From Naegleria gruberi (taxonomy: Eukaryota), in the NCBI GenBank assembly GCA_000004985.1, contig GG738861.1: a stretch of DNA of 64,000 nt. One strand, written 5' to 3'. Every line of letters starts with the position of its first letter. Positions within the stretch are counted from its first letter, which is position 1. A model generated the notes under the pieces. That model was given only the letters and a program-made list of their open reading frames with translations, searched no databases and had not been told where the DNA came from. A program made the translations under genes and the position numbers. Below, one piece after another: positions 21,749-32,394 of this stretch.

Positions 21749-22782
21749 CCATTGGAAGTGTTCATTATGCTGGAGAGCCTTACATACCACCTGTCATTCA
21801 TCAAATTATTCTCACCATGAAGCAACGAAGAAATATCAGAGACTTGATTAATATCATTGATAACAATATTAGAAATGATTCATTCTCAATAGAAGGTGAT
21901 TGGAGACAACGATTGGATTTTCTAATCTATTCTCCAGACTCCTTCGTGTTGATTAGAGATCAAGAATTTTTACACATGATTGGAGAAGAATTTGTTGGTT
22001 TTAGCTGTTTCACTTATGCTGCCAAGAAGAGAAGAATTGACATTCTGAAAATGCTCTGTAAGGCACAACCAAGCAAGGTATATGAAAATATTCTCCTTGA
22101 TATTGAGCAATTAGAAAAGATTATAGAACTGAAAGACAATGATGTGATTAAAATCTTGATCACTGCCCTCCAGTTCCACATTGAAAATGAAAGAAATCAA
22201 AATCTCAAATTGGAAGAAGAGGGTCAAAAGAAGAAGAAACCATCCCTTTCAATCTTATTGAAAAGACCACATCACCACCACGAAGATGATGGTATTGAAA
22301 CTGAGGCATTCATTAGAAAATATGTTGCCAGAAATTTCATTTTCATTGACAATTTGAACGCAGTGAAGGTTATTTTGGAAATGAATTTAGTCACAGTCCA
22401 AATGGCAGCAAAAATTGCTGCAACCATGTCCAAGGTTAACACTTTAAGATTCCTTCTCTCTAGAGAATACATCAAGCCATGTGATTACTTTGAGGGAGGT
22501 AATGTACTCCACTGGAGCGTTCTCAATAGAGCTTCAGATGTCATACAACTAGTTTGTGGAATGAGAGCTACCAAGAAGGGCCACCGTGTTAATGTGAAAC
22601 GAGGTAGCTCCAGTCGACTTCAACCATTCAATGGCATGACAGCATTCGAAATTGCCAAGACAGTCTATGATCAAAACAAATTGTCGGATGAGGAAAAACT
22701 GATTTATGAACATTTACAACCAACCAAAGCAGAGCTTATTAAGGGTGTTGTAGAAATTGTTGTACATAAAGTTATTCATTAA
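21676..22782 (+). CDS. hypothetical protein with ankyrin-like repeats
   Basis: FSCFTYAAKKRRIDILKMLCKA and GNVLHWSVLNRASDVIQLVCGM resemble ANK repeats. Overlaps the previous ORF in another frame. Confidence 0.35.
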   Translation: MHHTTSRLESRKIEIPVNSRPRRLTIGSVHYAGEPYIPPVIHQIILTMKQRRNIRDLINIIDNNIRNDSFSIEGDWRQRLDFLIYSPDSFVLIRDQEFLHMIGEEFVGFSCFTYAAKKRRIDILKMLCKAQPSKVYENILLDIEQLEKIIELKDNDVIKILITALQFHIENERNQNLKLEEEGQKKKKPSLSILLKRPHHHHEDDGIETEAFIRKYVARNFIFIDNLNAVKVILEMNLVTVQMAAKIAATMSKVNTLRFLLSREYIKPCDYFEGGNVLHWSVLNRASDVIQLVCGMRATKKGHRVNVKRGSSSRLQPFNGMTAFEIAKTVYDQNKLSDEEKLIYEHLQPTKAELIKGVVEIVVHKVIH

Positions 22783-23271
22783 TTTATTGTCAATTTAACT
22801 CCAACATGTCCATATTCGCAATTCAAAATTCAAATGAGGTGAATGTGAGCCAAATTGGGGTAACAATTAATATTCATCTTTTTTGATCATTACTTAACTA
22901 TATTTGTACATAATAACCTGGGTTTAGAACTATGAGAATTGCGGAAGAGGTCCTCTTCATTGCTTGTACGATTATGTACAGTAATTGAGTTTGGGTACTG
23001 TCTTGTCCTTAATTAATTGATAAATTTTGCAAACAAATAAAATCGAATTCCAATTCTATTCTGGGTAGCCAAACTCACGCTGCATTACCCCAACTCTAAT
23101 ACTAATTGGTTTAAAAAAAATTAAAAATGACCCATTCTCAAAAAGAATTGGGATTAGAGGTAGTAATATTTGGATGGAAGATAGTAATTAATGTCTGGTT
23201 TTAGTGATAATCAAACAAAATGTAAAAGGAGGCTAAGAAAAGTAACTGGTTTGCGTCGACCGGGAATTGAA

Positions 23272-24604
23272 ATTTCCTTTTTTGGAATTCATTTAACTTT
23301 TAATTTTATGATGAAATTATGAATTATTTATTTTAATATTATTCATGATGTGAAACATCATGTTGAATTCTGTTCATTATTTTTAATTCATGATGTGAAA
23401 CATCATGTTGAATTATTAACAAATGTTGTTCTTCAATTTTTCATTGAATGTTGTTCTTTCAATGAATGTTGGAATAAGTGTCCAGTATATGATAGAATTG
23501 TTAATACAAGTAAGTTTTCTATTATTTTATATTTATTAATTGACTCACGGGTAATGGAATTTCCTTTTTTGTAAATCATCATGATTGATGATGATTGATG
23601 ATGATTAAATAATAATAATTTATTATTTTATAGATGATGGTACAATTAGATTTGTTAGTACATATCCTAATTGTATTTTAAAGAAAGAAAATTCACCAAC
23701 TAAAATTGAAGATATTATTCGTGAATATGAAGATGTAAAAGTTGTTTTAAATGAATTAGGTAAATCAACAACAAAAATTTATTCATCAGATACAACAAAA
23801 CATATGAATTTCCTAAAAGTTTTATTTATTTATGTAATGGTAATATTAAATATGATCAATCATTAAATATATCACAAGGAATTTATACAATTAAAATTCA
23901 AGATGATGAACATGATCACAAATATTATTATTTATTCGGAAGAGGTTTATTATTTCTATCAATTACATTACAAATGATTCCAACATTTAGTTTAAACAAG
24001 TATTATTATGAAATTGTATTGAATGATTTAAGTAACACATATTTTGATAAGAATGAAATTATTCAATATAAAATTGAAATTTTGCCATCAAATATTATTC
24101 AACAATATTCTAAACGAAAGTTTCTTGTTAGAAAAGATAGTCAAAAGAACTCAAGATTTATTACATATCAACCTGACGCTCAATCACCATCAAAGAAAAC
24201 AAAGAAGAATAACATTATTGAAAGTGATATTGAAGATTTCGATTGCAATATTAAAGATATTGATGATTGGGTATAGGGAAACGGAATTTCCTAATTGGGA
24301 ATGTCATCACACAATAAATTAAATTTATTATTTATTCATTGATGTTCACAAACTGTGAATTAACACATTACATGATGAAACAATTCAAACATTTACTCAA
24401 ACTTTAAACATTAACCATCGGGTAACGGATTTTAATACATGTACTAGTATGTTTATTAATTGGTCGACGCACATAAATTTAAATAAACAAAATTAACAAG
24501 ATTTTAAACAAAATCCTACATAGAGTTGGAGAACGGGAAATGAAATTCCCAAATTGAAATTGAGAAACAACTATTCATTTCACAATAATTCATACTATCA
24601 AAAT
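23272..24604. mobile_element. 1,333-bp insertion in the tRNA-Gly T-loop, flanked by 7-bp direct repeats AATTGAA (23265..23271 and 24605..24611); carries ORFs
   Basis: Left end ATTTCCTTTTTTGGAATTC and right end ...CAACTATTCATTTCACAATAATTCATACTATCAAAATG are homologous to the ends of the 377-bp insertion at 6658..7034. It contains internal junction-motif copies at 23541..23575, 24272..24300 and 24528..24560, and a 45-bp tandem duplication at 23341..23414. Confidence 0.55.
23608..24279 (+). CDS. insertion-internal ORFs (frame 23608..23848 overlapping frame 23764..24279), hypothetical protein with AT3-biased codons
   Basis: Two overlapping open frames (~80 and ~171 codons) that could be joined by one short intron or a frameshift. 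Leu is almost all TTA and Lys AAA, unlike host genes (TTG/AAG). There is a possible 3' splice site TTATTTTATAG at 23622..23633. No transposase or integrase motif is recognisable. Confidence 0.3.
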
Positions 24605-24969
24605 GAATTGAACCCGGGTCACGGCGATGGCAACGCCGTATTCTACCACTAAACCATCGACGCTTCTTGTTAAGATATTAAGGTTCCTTAATTTAATATA
24701 AGGAATATCCAAAATGCTTAAAGTACAACACAACAAGAATTGAGTATTCGTTTGAACATGCTGTAAAATATTTCAAATTATGCTAAGATCATTTGATGTA
24801 TTTAATGCCATAGGGCATTGAGAGCCATCATTTGAAGATTCAAATAGTATGTTCTTGATTTTATCTGATAAAGCACAAGAATAACATTTCATCCACTAAA
24901 TTTTATAAATGTTGACTGTGTTACATAATAGTATTTAATTATTATTGAAATGAGGATAACAATAAATTA

Positions 24970-26682
24970 TTAGAAACCATCTCTCATTACATAATACTTT
25001 GAAGATGAAGAGTCCATCATGGCAATTGAAGGATTATTAATATGAGCTGCCTGTCTCTTCATTCTCCACTTTGAAACAAGTACAAAAACAATGGTAATGA
25101 CAGCTGCCAACAATAAACCACCAAACACAACTCCAATTGACACATAAAGCCATGTGAAATCTCTTTTTTCAGAGATTATATTTCCATCATTACTACTTGG
25201 ACTTCCAATAGTTGGATTACTGTAAGAGGGAGAAATAGGCATCATGAAAGCTGACACGTCAATATAATTAATGGCATTCTGATTTGCAAATAATTGAAAG
25301 TATGCTGTACGAGCCAATGTTTCATTATTGGAAATTGTAATACTTTTCATAGTTTTTGAAATTTCTACAACATTCTCATAATTTTGACTATTTGGAGTTT
25401 CAGATTTGAATGATTGATAGATTGTAAAGGTGGATGCATCCTTTCCAAATATTCTTGGAATTTTCAAAATAACTTGTTGACCAGCAGGTAAGGAAATTTG
25501 ATATAAATGTGAAATTCCATTAGAAATTGGTTCCAAATAGAGTTTTGAATTGTTTCTCAATGTAACTCCATGGGCAGTGTCCTCTCTCTCGTGATGTGGA
25601 GGTGGTGGAGTATTGTCAATGACACCACAAATTGTGACAAGTCTGCCAGAAATCACACTACTTGTCAGTTCACAAGTTTGTTCATTACAAACTAATTTTT
25701 GATCAGGTATCCAATAATCATTGACCCAAGTTGCAATACTCAAGGTATCTTCTTTGATATTAAATGACTTTCCATTTGTGGCATTGTAAAATGTGAAATT
25801 TGAATTGAAAGAAAAGACAACATTAAAAAAGCTTGGATCTGATGTGTTGGTTTTTGTTGAAAATAAATAGAGTGGTACATAATCATCATAATCCAACTTA
25901 ATTTTTGAATATTCCCCTTGCCTATTTTGTAAATTAACCGAATATGGAAAGTTAAAAATATCTTTAAATTCCATTTTTAGATTTTCATCCATTGGCGAAT
26001 ATTGTTGACGAAAATTCAAACTTCTCTTAAACTCAATCGTGTAAGGAACATCAAAATCAGCTCTAACATTCTCAAATGTCTTTCCCACCAATCCAAACAT
26101 GAGTGTCTTATTATTTCCAATATAATCTCTTTCCAAATTTAGAACAGTAAATGTAAATTCATTTCCTTTTTGAGAAAGAGCTTTAACTGGCACCACCGTT
26201 TGACTATCCTTAAATACGACACATCTATAACTTTTTGGATCCGTGTCCATCACATCCGTTCCTACAATTGCCATTGTAATATCAAGTGTTGGAATAGTTG
26301 CCATTTCTGGTATAAAACTTTTCGATAAATCCAATTGAAAAACATTGTAAATATTCATGGTATCATATGGTAGAAAGGGTAAATTTGAAACAACTCGTGG
26401 GAAGGAATTTGACACCAACTCGAGATTGTTAATTTTTGCCATTCCGCTCATGTTTGTAAATTTCACAATCATACTCGAGTCAACGCCAATTCCTGTTAAT
26501 GTAAATGAAGTAAATGATGTTTTTCTGATGGTAAAATATTCATCGAATGAGAAACCACAAACGGCGGACGCGAGAAGTGTCAAAATGAGAAGGTGTTTGA
26601 GTAGTGACATTTTTTTAAATAACATTAAAAGGGGTTTCATAAAATCTTTGTAAAGCCAATAAGAAGGTTTAATTGGCAACAA
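24970..26682 (-). CDS. hypothetical type I membrane glycoprotein (signal peptide, large ectodomain, one C-terminal TM, short basic tail)
   Basis: Probable start MSLLKHLLILTLLASAVCG at ~26610. The C-terminal TM is GLLLAAVITIVFVLV followed by SKWRMKRQ. Ectodomain has many N-x-S/T sites. Confidence 0.5.
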   Translation of the reverse strand: MLPIKPSYWLYKDFMKPLLMLFKKMSLLKHLLILTLLASAVCGFSFDEYFTIRKTSFTSFTLTGIGVDSSMIVKFTNMSGMAKINNLELVSNSFPRVVSNLPFLPYDTMNIYNVFQLDLSKSFIPEMATIPTLDITMAIVGTDVMDTDPKSYRCVVFKDSQTVVPVKALSQKGNEFTFTVLNLERDYIGNNKTLMFGLVGKTFENVRADFDVPYTIEFKRSLNFRQQYSPMDENLKMEFKDIFNFPYSVNLQNRQGEYSKIKLDYDDYVPLYLFSTKTNTSDPSFFNVVFSFNSNFTFYNATNGKSFNIKEDTLSIATWVNDYWIPDQKLVCNEQTCELTSSVISGRLVTICGVIDNTPPPPHHEREDTAHGVTLRNNSKLYLEPISNGISHLYQISLPAGQQVILKIPRIFGKDASTFTIYQSFKSETPNSQNYENVVEISKTMKSITISNNETLARTAYFQLFANQNAINYIDVSAFMMPISPSYSNPTIGSPSSNDGNIISEKRDFTWLYVSIGVVFGGLLLAAVITIVFVLVSKWRMKRQAAHINNPSIAMMDSSSSKYYVMRDGF

Positions 26683-26691
26683 GATCGATAA

Positions 26692-29491
26692 TTGGAAATG
26701 TTACACGGAGTTTCGGCTAGAATAGTTTCGGTGAAACACGCAAAAAAAATGAAAAGAAACAGTTCACCCACATGGCTCACAGCAGCATGCTTGTTGATTT
26801 TCTCATTGTTTGGCAGCTTCTGTTTAGTTTCTGCCACAGCAGTGAACGAAGGAATCTTTAAAAGCGAAACTAATATTCAGTTTCTTTCAGAATATTTTCA
26901 TGTGGAAACTAAACTTGCAGCAACAGGTAGAAGAAATGGCATGTATAATTTATTTACACAAAATGAGAAGAGAAGAGATATGAATAGGTTTCTTCATGAA
27001 TCTAATCCATTTCTTTTGAATGAACCTTTACTTTCGTCTACTTTAAATCATCAACGAAATATTCAACAAGAAGACGAAACTCAATTTTTCAGTGTCTTGT
27101 TGAAAGTGAAAGATATCCAAAAGTTTAAAAAGGAAAACACTAACTTGAATATCCAACCAATGGCCAAAAATGTAATTTCCACAAGAATGGACATGGATTC
27201 AATTCAATCCTTATTAGGAAAAGATTACATTGAATGGATTGGACAAATTGACCCAATTTTCAAGTTTGATATTCAAGATTTCATGGAAAATAAGCAAGAA
27301 ACAGTTGAATTGTTAATTCAGTTTGCAAGTGGCATTTCTAATGAAATGAAACGAATGATGGAAATATTCGAAACTCAATTTGGCGTTTCACTTTTAAGAA
27401 TTGAAAAGCAAAATCTCATGTTATTGACAGTGCCTAGAAGATATGCCCTCGGAGTTTCGTATGAAATTTCCAAAGATTCTTCAGTAATTTGGATCGAACC
27501 AAAACAAGAAATTTCACTCACCAACAAATTTTCCAAAAGTATCATTGATGATGGAAGTGAGAGAATTCAAGAACGTGTGAATTTTGGTGGATTGACAGGT
27601 GAAGGTGAAACAGTAACAGTGGTCGATGGATCTTTTGATGTCACTTCATGTTTCTTTGCTGATCCAAATGTTCCTGTCACTCAATTTAAAACCTACAAGG
27701 AAGGAATGAAGTTGACTTCACAACAAGTCAATTCACACAGAAAAATCAAAGCTTACTATGCATTTGTAGATAATAGAACAAGAGATAGTGATCATGGTTC
27801 ACATGTGGCTGGAAGTGTTGCAGGAAATTCCATTTATAGTAATAGTATTGGTGATACGTTAGTTTCTGATTATAATGGAATAGCTCCAGATTCAAAAATG
27901 GTATTTATTCAACTTGGATGTACATCACCAGTATGTATTTCAGAAAATGGTGAGAAATTTACTTCAAGTCCTGGTTCACTTTTTCCACCTTCTGATCCAT
28001 ATAATTTCTTTTCCTTCTCCAAGGAGATTGCCAATAGTAGAGTGCAAACGAATAGTTGGGGAGGAGGTAGTTCCTATAATTATTATGCCTCCTCTACGGA
28101 TGAGTACATTTTTAATAATAAGGATATGGTTACCTTGTTTGCAGCTGGTAATTCTGGAAGAAGTGGTTTTAAAACTATTGGAGGTCAAGCGCACGCCAAG
28201 AATGTTATCACTGTTGGAGCTAGTCATAATTCCTTTGGAGCACGTACAGTTCAGTATGCCAACTTGACATCCTCAACAAATTCAGTTGTGAGAGAGTATA
28301 TTGTGGCAGTTTTACAATGTTCTCCATATTCTACCAAGTACATTAATCAATGTACATATTTCAATGATTTGAACAATATTGTGGATGCATGTGATGAGAG
28401 TGGATATTGTGCTAAAGGAACTATGTCCGTTTCGACTGGATCTTGTGGATGTGCCATTGGAGGAGTTGGACAATTGTATTGTGGAAGATGTGTCTATCCG
28501 AGTCTTGCTGTTAAGGATATTCAACCTGATTCAGTGACCTCTTTCAGTAGTAGAGGACCAACTATGGATGGAAGAATTAAGCCAGATATTATGGCTCCAG
28601 GTGATCAAATTATTAGTGTGAGATCTTATCCGACTCTGGATGATGTTGGAACTCAATGTTCTCAAAGAAAAAACCTAATTGACCATGTTACTGCTAAACG
28701 GGGAACAAGCATGGCAACACCAACTTTAGGTAAGTTTAATTCACCATTCATATTTACATTATTCTATGATTTGTAAAGCTGGCTTGACTGCGATCGTTAG
28801 ACAATATTTCAGAGATGGATACTATGTGGATGGTGTGAAGAATGCAAAGATTGCATTTAATCCATCAGCATCACTTGTAAAAGCTACAATGATTAATTCT
28901 GCTGTTGATTTGGCATCTCTTTCTGAGGATACTCAATTTTTGGAAAAGCTAGCACCAAGAAATTGGAATTCCACTCGTTATCAAGGATTTGGTAAAGTTC
29001 AAATTGATAATGTGTTCCAATTTGGTAAAAGTGAAAGAAAATTGTGGATTGGAAGAACTGAAAACATTCAAAACATTGCACAATTATCAAATGTTGAGAC
29101 TGAATTTGGTGATCCAGTTCTTTCAAGTGTCGAGGATGAACATGTTTATTACATTGCTCCTACTAATGCTAATTTGCCAATGAAGAATGTTAAAATTACA
29201 CTAGTCTGGTCAGATTACCCTTCAAATCCTCTTAGTCGTCTCAATATTGTCAATAATCTTGACTTGGAGGTGAATGTTTTTAGAGATGTGATTTTTGGAA
29301 ATTCTCAATTGTATGGTCTTTCACAAGATAACATGGCCAGGGATACTTTGAATAATGTTGAACAAGTTTGGCTCGATAGTACTGATCACGGAGTGGTAAT
29401 TAGAGTTTATGCAGAGTATTTGTTTGTTCCACAAAGTTATTCACTCGTAGTTTCTGGAGATAATGTTTCCATGCACTTACTGAAAGAGTAA
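26692..29491 (+). CDS. subtilisin-like serine protease (S8); 2 exons (~26749..28729, 28779..29491)
   Basis: Signal peptide MKRNSSPTWLTAACLLIFSLFGSFCLVSA. Catalytic motifs VTVVDGSFD (Asp), DHGSHVAGSVAG (His), FAAGNSG (Asn) and GTSMATPTLAG (Ser), the last reconstituted across a 49-nt GTAAGT...AAAG intron at 28730..28778. Confidence 0.85.
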
Positions 29492-29540
29492 CTTGTAATT
29501 ATATCAATACACCATTTTGAACATTTAATCTAGATGAGTC

Positions 29541-31049
29541 TTATATAATTCTCTTTTTATTGAGCAATACATCTTCAGATGATTCAGTTCTTCCTCTCTT
29601 CAGGCTGCTGTTGCTGCAATGAGATTGGAGGAAGGTATCAAAACTGCTAATGGAAGGCAAAATTTGTTGTGAGGAGGAATGATATTGTACAGGGGAGGTT
29701 GTTGGCTTTTCATCAAAGAAGGTTGAAATATTTGGAAGAGATTGATGAGCTGATTGTGATCCAACATGGTGGCAGCAATTGGATGCTGAATGTTTTTGCT
29801 GAGAATAAGCCAAACCAGAAGAACCTGTAGGTTGTTGAGCTGGATAATATTGAACTTCACACTTTGCTTGATAGGAATAAGTATTTGCCAAATGATTCTG
29901 TTGAACTGTTTGATTGTAAGCTTGGAAAGCTCCCTTTGGTTGTGACTTATTCTTTGGACTTCCCATTAGAGTGGAATTTTGTTGCACATTGAATGAAATA
30001 TTGCTTGCTGTGGATGGGCTTGATAGGCTACATATGGAGCCATTATTCGGAGACAAGCATGCTGGATTCTTCTCGACGTTTCCTGTAATCTTGACAATTT
30101 TGTTTGGTTTCTTGTTTGGCTTATTGGTAGCCAATGGTGATGATTGCTGCTGCTGACCAACACAATTCGAATTATCCACAATGACCATTGAATTGCTGTG
30201 TGGCTGTGGTGTTGATCTGAACTTTTTCCTTTGTTGTGGTGGATAGCAGGTTAGTGGTGGACAACCCGTCTCAATAACAGAACACAACTGTTCAAAGTGA
30301 GAAGTAACTGTATTGAATTGGGTAACCTTCTTGGCATTGGTTTTTGGCCACCTGGACACACCCAATACATTCAAACGTTCCTTCAAATCCCTCCATGAAA
30401 CCTTCAGAGCAGTACAAGCATCTTGTCTCGTCAAGTGGTAATGTCTAGATATTTCCTCGAGTGTGAGTGAGGCAGCAATGTTTCTATAGCTCTCAGATGG
30501 ACATGGTCTCTTATACTTTTCCTTTGTGAGGCCATTGATATTGGTTGGACTTGGAGAGGAATCATCTGAGGAGGAGTTTGTGCAATACACTGTTTGATTG
30601 TAAGAATTAATTGTATTGTTATTGTTATTATTTTGAGTAGTATTAGTATTAATATTGGAAGTTGTTCTTGATGGAGAGGAGGTTGATTGTGAGTGATTAT
30701 TGTTATTATTATTATTATTATTGTTAACCATCTTTGTATGAATGACCATAGGACGAGCCTTAGTCGATGATGAATTAAAGTAATTATTATGAAGTGTATG
30801 AAAGGAAGCTTGAACTGAAGGTGTATTATTATTCACAACAACAGAATTAGTAGAAGGAGCCAACACTCCTTCAGCAGATTCAGAGCAGCACTGATTAGAA
30901 GAATTTACAGGACATGTAGAGTCATGGGAGGATGGTTGCTTAGTAGTATTGGTCTGTATTGGAATGACGGTATATTCTGGTCGATGAGAATGGTATTGCT
31001 GATTATAATTGTGGGCGAAGTGCAGCTGTTGTTGTGGATTGTTATTCAT
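29541..31049 (-). CDS. RWP-RK domain putative transcription factor with long poly-N/poly-Q/S tracts, 502 aa
   Basis: ASLTLEEISRHYHLTRQDACTALKVSWRDLKERLNVLGVSRWPKT matches the RWP-RK domain consensus. Poly-N runs come from AAT repeats at 30600..30740. Confidence 0.55.
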   Translation of the reverse strand: MNNNPQQQLHFAHNYNQQYHSHRPEYTVIPIQTNTTKQPSSHDSTCPVNSSNQCCSESAEGVLAPSTNSVVVNNNTPSVQASFHTLHNNYFNSSSTKARPMVIHTKMVNNNNNNNNNNHSQSTSSPSRTTSNINTNTTQNNNNNNTINSYNQTVYCTNSSSDDSSPSPTNINGLTKEKYKRPCPSESYRNIAASLTLEEISRHYHLTRQDACTALKVSWRDLKERLNVLGVSRWPKTNAKKVTQFNTVTSHFEQLCSVIETGCPPLTCYPPQQRKKFRSTPQPHSNSMVIVDNSNCVGQQQQSSPLATNKPNKKPNKIVKITGNVEKNPACLSPNNGSICSLSSPSTASNISFNVQQNSTLMGSPKNKSQPKGAFQAYNQTVQQNHLANTYSYQAKCEVQYYPAQQPTGSSGLAYSQQKHSASNCCHHVGSQSAHQSLPNISTFFDEKPTTSPVQYHSSSQQILPSISSFDTFLQSHCSNSSLKRGRTESSEDVLLNKKRII

Positions 31050-32165
31050 CTTGTATTGATGATGAGTATTATTAGGTTTATAATAATTATTGATTGGATG
31101 ATTGGATGGATGGTATTACTTATTAATTGAATAGGATCTTCTTAATAGTAGTTATATTCAAGCTGCTTATTGATCAGAGAATATCGAAATAATTAAGGTA
31201 GAGTTATCAATACAGAGAAGGTTCTATATATAATGTATCTTCTTCTTCTTGTTGTGTTGTGGTTGTTTTTTGTTGTGCGTGAGAGTACTTTACTTTATAG
31301 AGTGATGGGTAAACACAACAAAAGCAAAAACAAGCAGCCTTATTCAGATAAACAAGCAATGGTCTCTGCACTTAATAAATATCATCACCGCACCCGCCCT
31401 TTTTTGGGAACACACACACCACAAATACAAACACCCAAGGGAAAGCAAACATTTGCACAAGAAAGCAAAAGGAAAACAGTTTGAAAAACAAGGCAGCAGA
31501 AATAAGGGTAAAATAAAGTGGTTGGTTTTTGTTGATAAATATTACATGGATCGGATGATTAACAAATTTGAGAATGCAAACACATTTTGAGGAATATGTT
31601 ATTGAATACAAGATTCGATCAAGTCACCACTTGTATTGCCTTGATTTGATTTGGTTTTTTATTAAGGAATAATAATCAAATTTGTTGAAGAGAAGAATCG
31701 ATTCTTGAATAATCAAATAATGTTGGTTAGAATGCTCTTCTAGTAATGAGATTTGAAAGATTTCACATTAAAGAACTGACAGAATAAAGACAAGTATGTA
31801 TCGAATCATCCTCAAAAGCGTCTTTCCCACCATTAATAGTAAACAACCAACATTTACAATTGATAAACTTATTCGCCTTTAATGCTTTCTGAATATGGAA
31901 CACGTACAAGCTTTACATTAATACCCAAAATACGATTCACAAATATGAGAAAGTAATCCATTTTTGAACAATAGATACCTTAATATATAATTTGAATAAC
32001 AATGTTTTTGTCCCGCCTCAGTTTCCTAACTTCACACATCCAATACGAACAATAGTTGCGTTCAAGGAAATATAATGAAAGCTTTGAAAGTTAAAAAAAG
32101 CAGTGGTAAATCAAAAAATCATTACATGAGCTAATTACCATGAAGGTTAAAATTAAAATACTAAT

Positions 32166-32238
32166 CGCCCACCGTGGGGGTCGAACCCACGACCACAAGG
32201 TTAAGAGCCTTGCGCTCTACCGACTGAGCTAGACGGGC
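32166..32238 (-). tRNA. tRNA-Lys(CUU), 73 nt, intact
   Basis: Reverse complement is GCCCGTC TA GCTC AGTCGGT AGAGC G CAAGG CTCTTAA CCTTG TGGTC GTGGG TTCGACC CCCAC GGTGGGC G. Cloverleaf with anticodon CTT and conserved GTTCGA T-loop. Confidence 0.9.
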
Positions 32239-32394
32239 TACATGTTCATCATTTTGTATTCTTAAAATAAAATAATAATCAATCTTGATGATTAATATGA
32301 TTATTAGTCTTCAAACACGAATATCAAAATAATGTGTTTCTAGACAATAATGATTATTGTCTAGAAATTTATTCTTGAAATTGCACTTAAAAAA

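Larger units (their letters stand above)
23252..24662 (-). pseudogene. tRNA-Gly(GCC) gene interrupted in the T-loop: 5' part 24662..24605 (nt 1-60), 3' part 23264..23252 (CCCGG TCGACGC A)
   Basis: Reverse complement of 24605..24662 is GCGTCGA TG GTTT AGTGGTA GAAT A CGGCG TTGCCAT CGCCG TGAC CCGGG TTCAATT (anticodon GCC). Reverse complement of 23252..23271 is TTCAATT CCCGG TCGACGC A. The acceptor halves are perfectly complementary. Confidence 0.75.

Noticed and set aside
23350-23574. Listed ORF 23350..23574 (MKHHVEFCS...) as a protein-coding gene or exon 1 of the element ORF
   Set aside because: It starts at GTG with no in-frame ATG upstream (stop at 23320). It consists largely of the 45-bp tandem duplication and runs through an intron-like GTAAGT. 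It was considered as an upstream exon but is not supported.
27914-28524. ORFs 27914..28267, 27976..28227, 28312..28524 inside the subtilase gene
   Set aside because: Alternate-frame or antisense ORFs within a well-supported S8 protease CDS.
31233-31611. ORFs 31233..31484 and 31372..31611 in the RWP-RK / tRNA-Lys intergenic region
   Set aside because: Short, low-complexity, no ATG context or homology. Likely non-coding.
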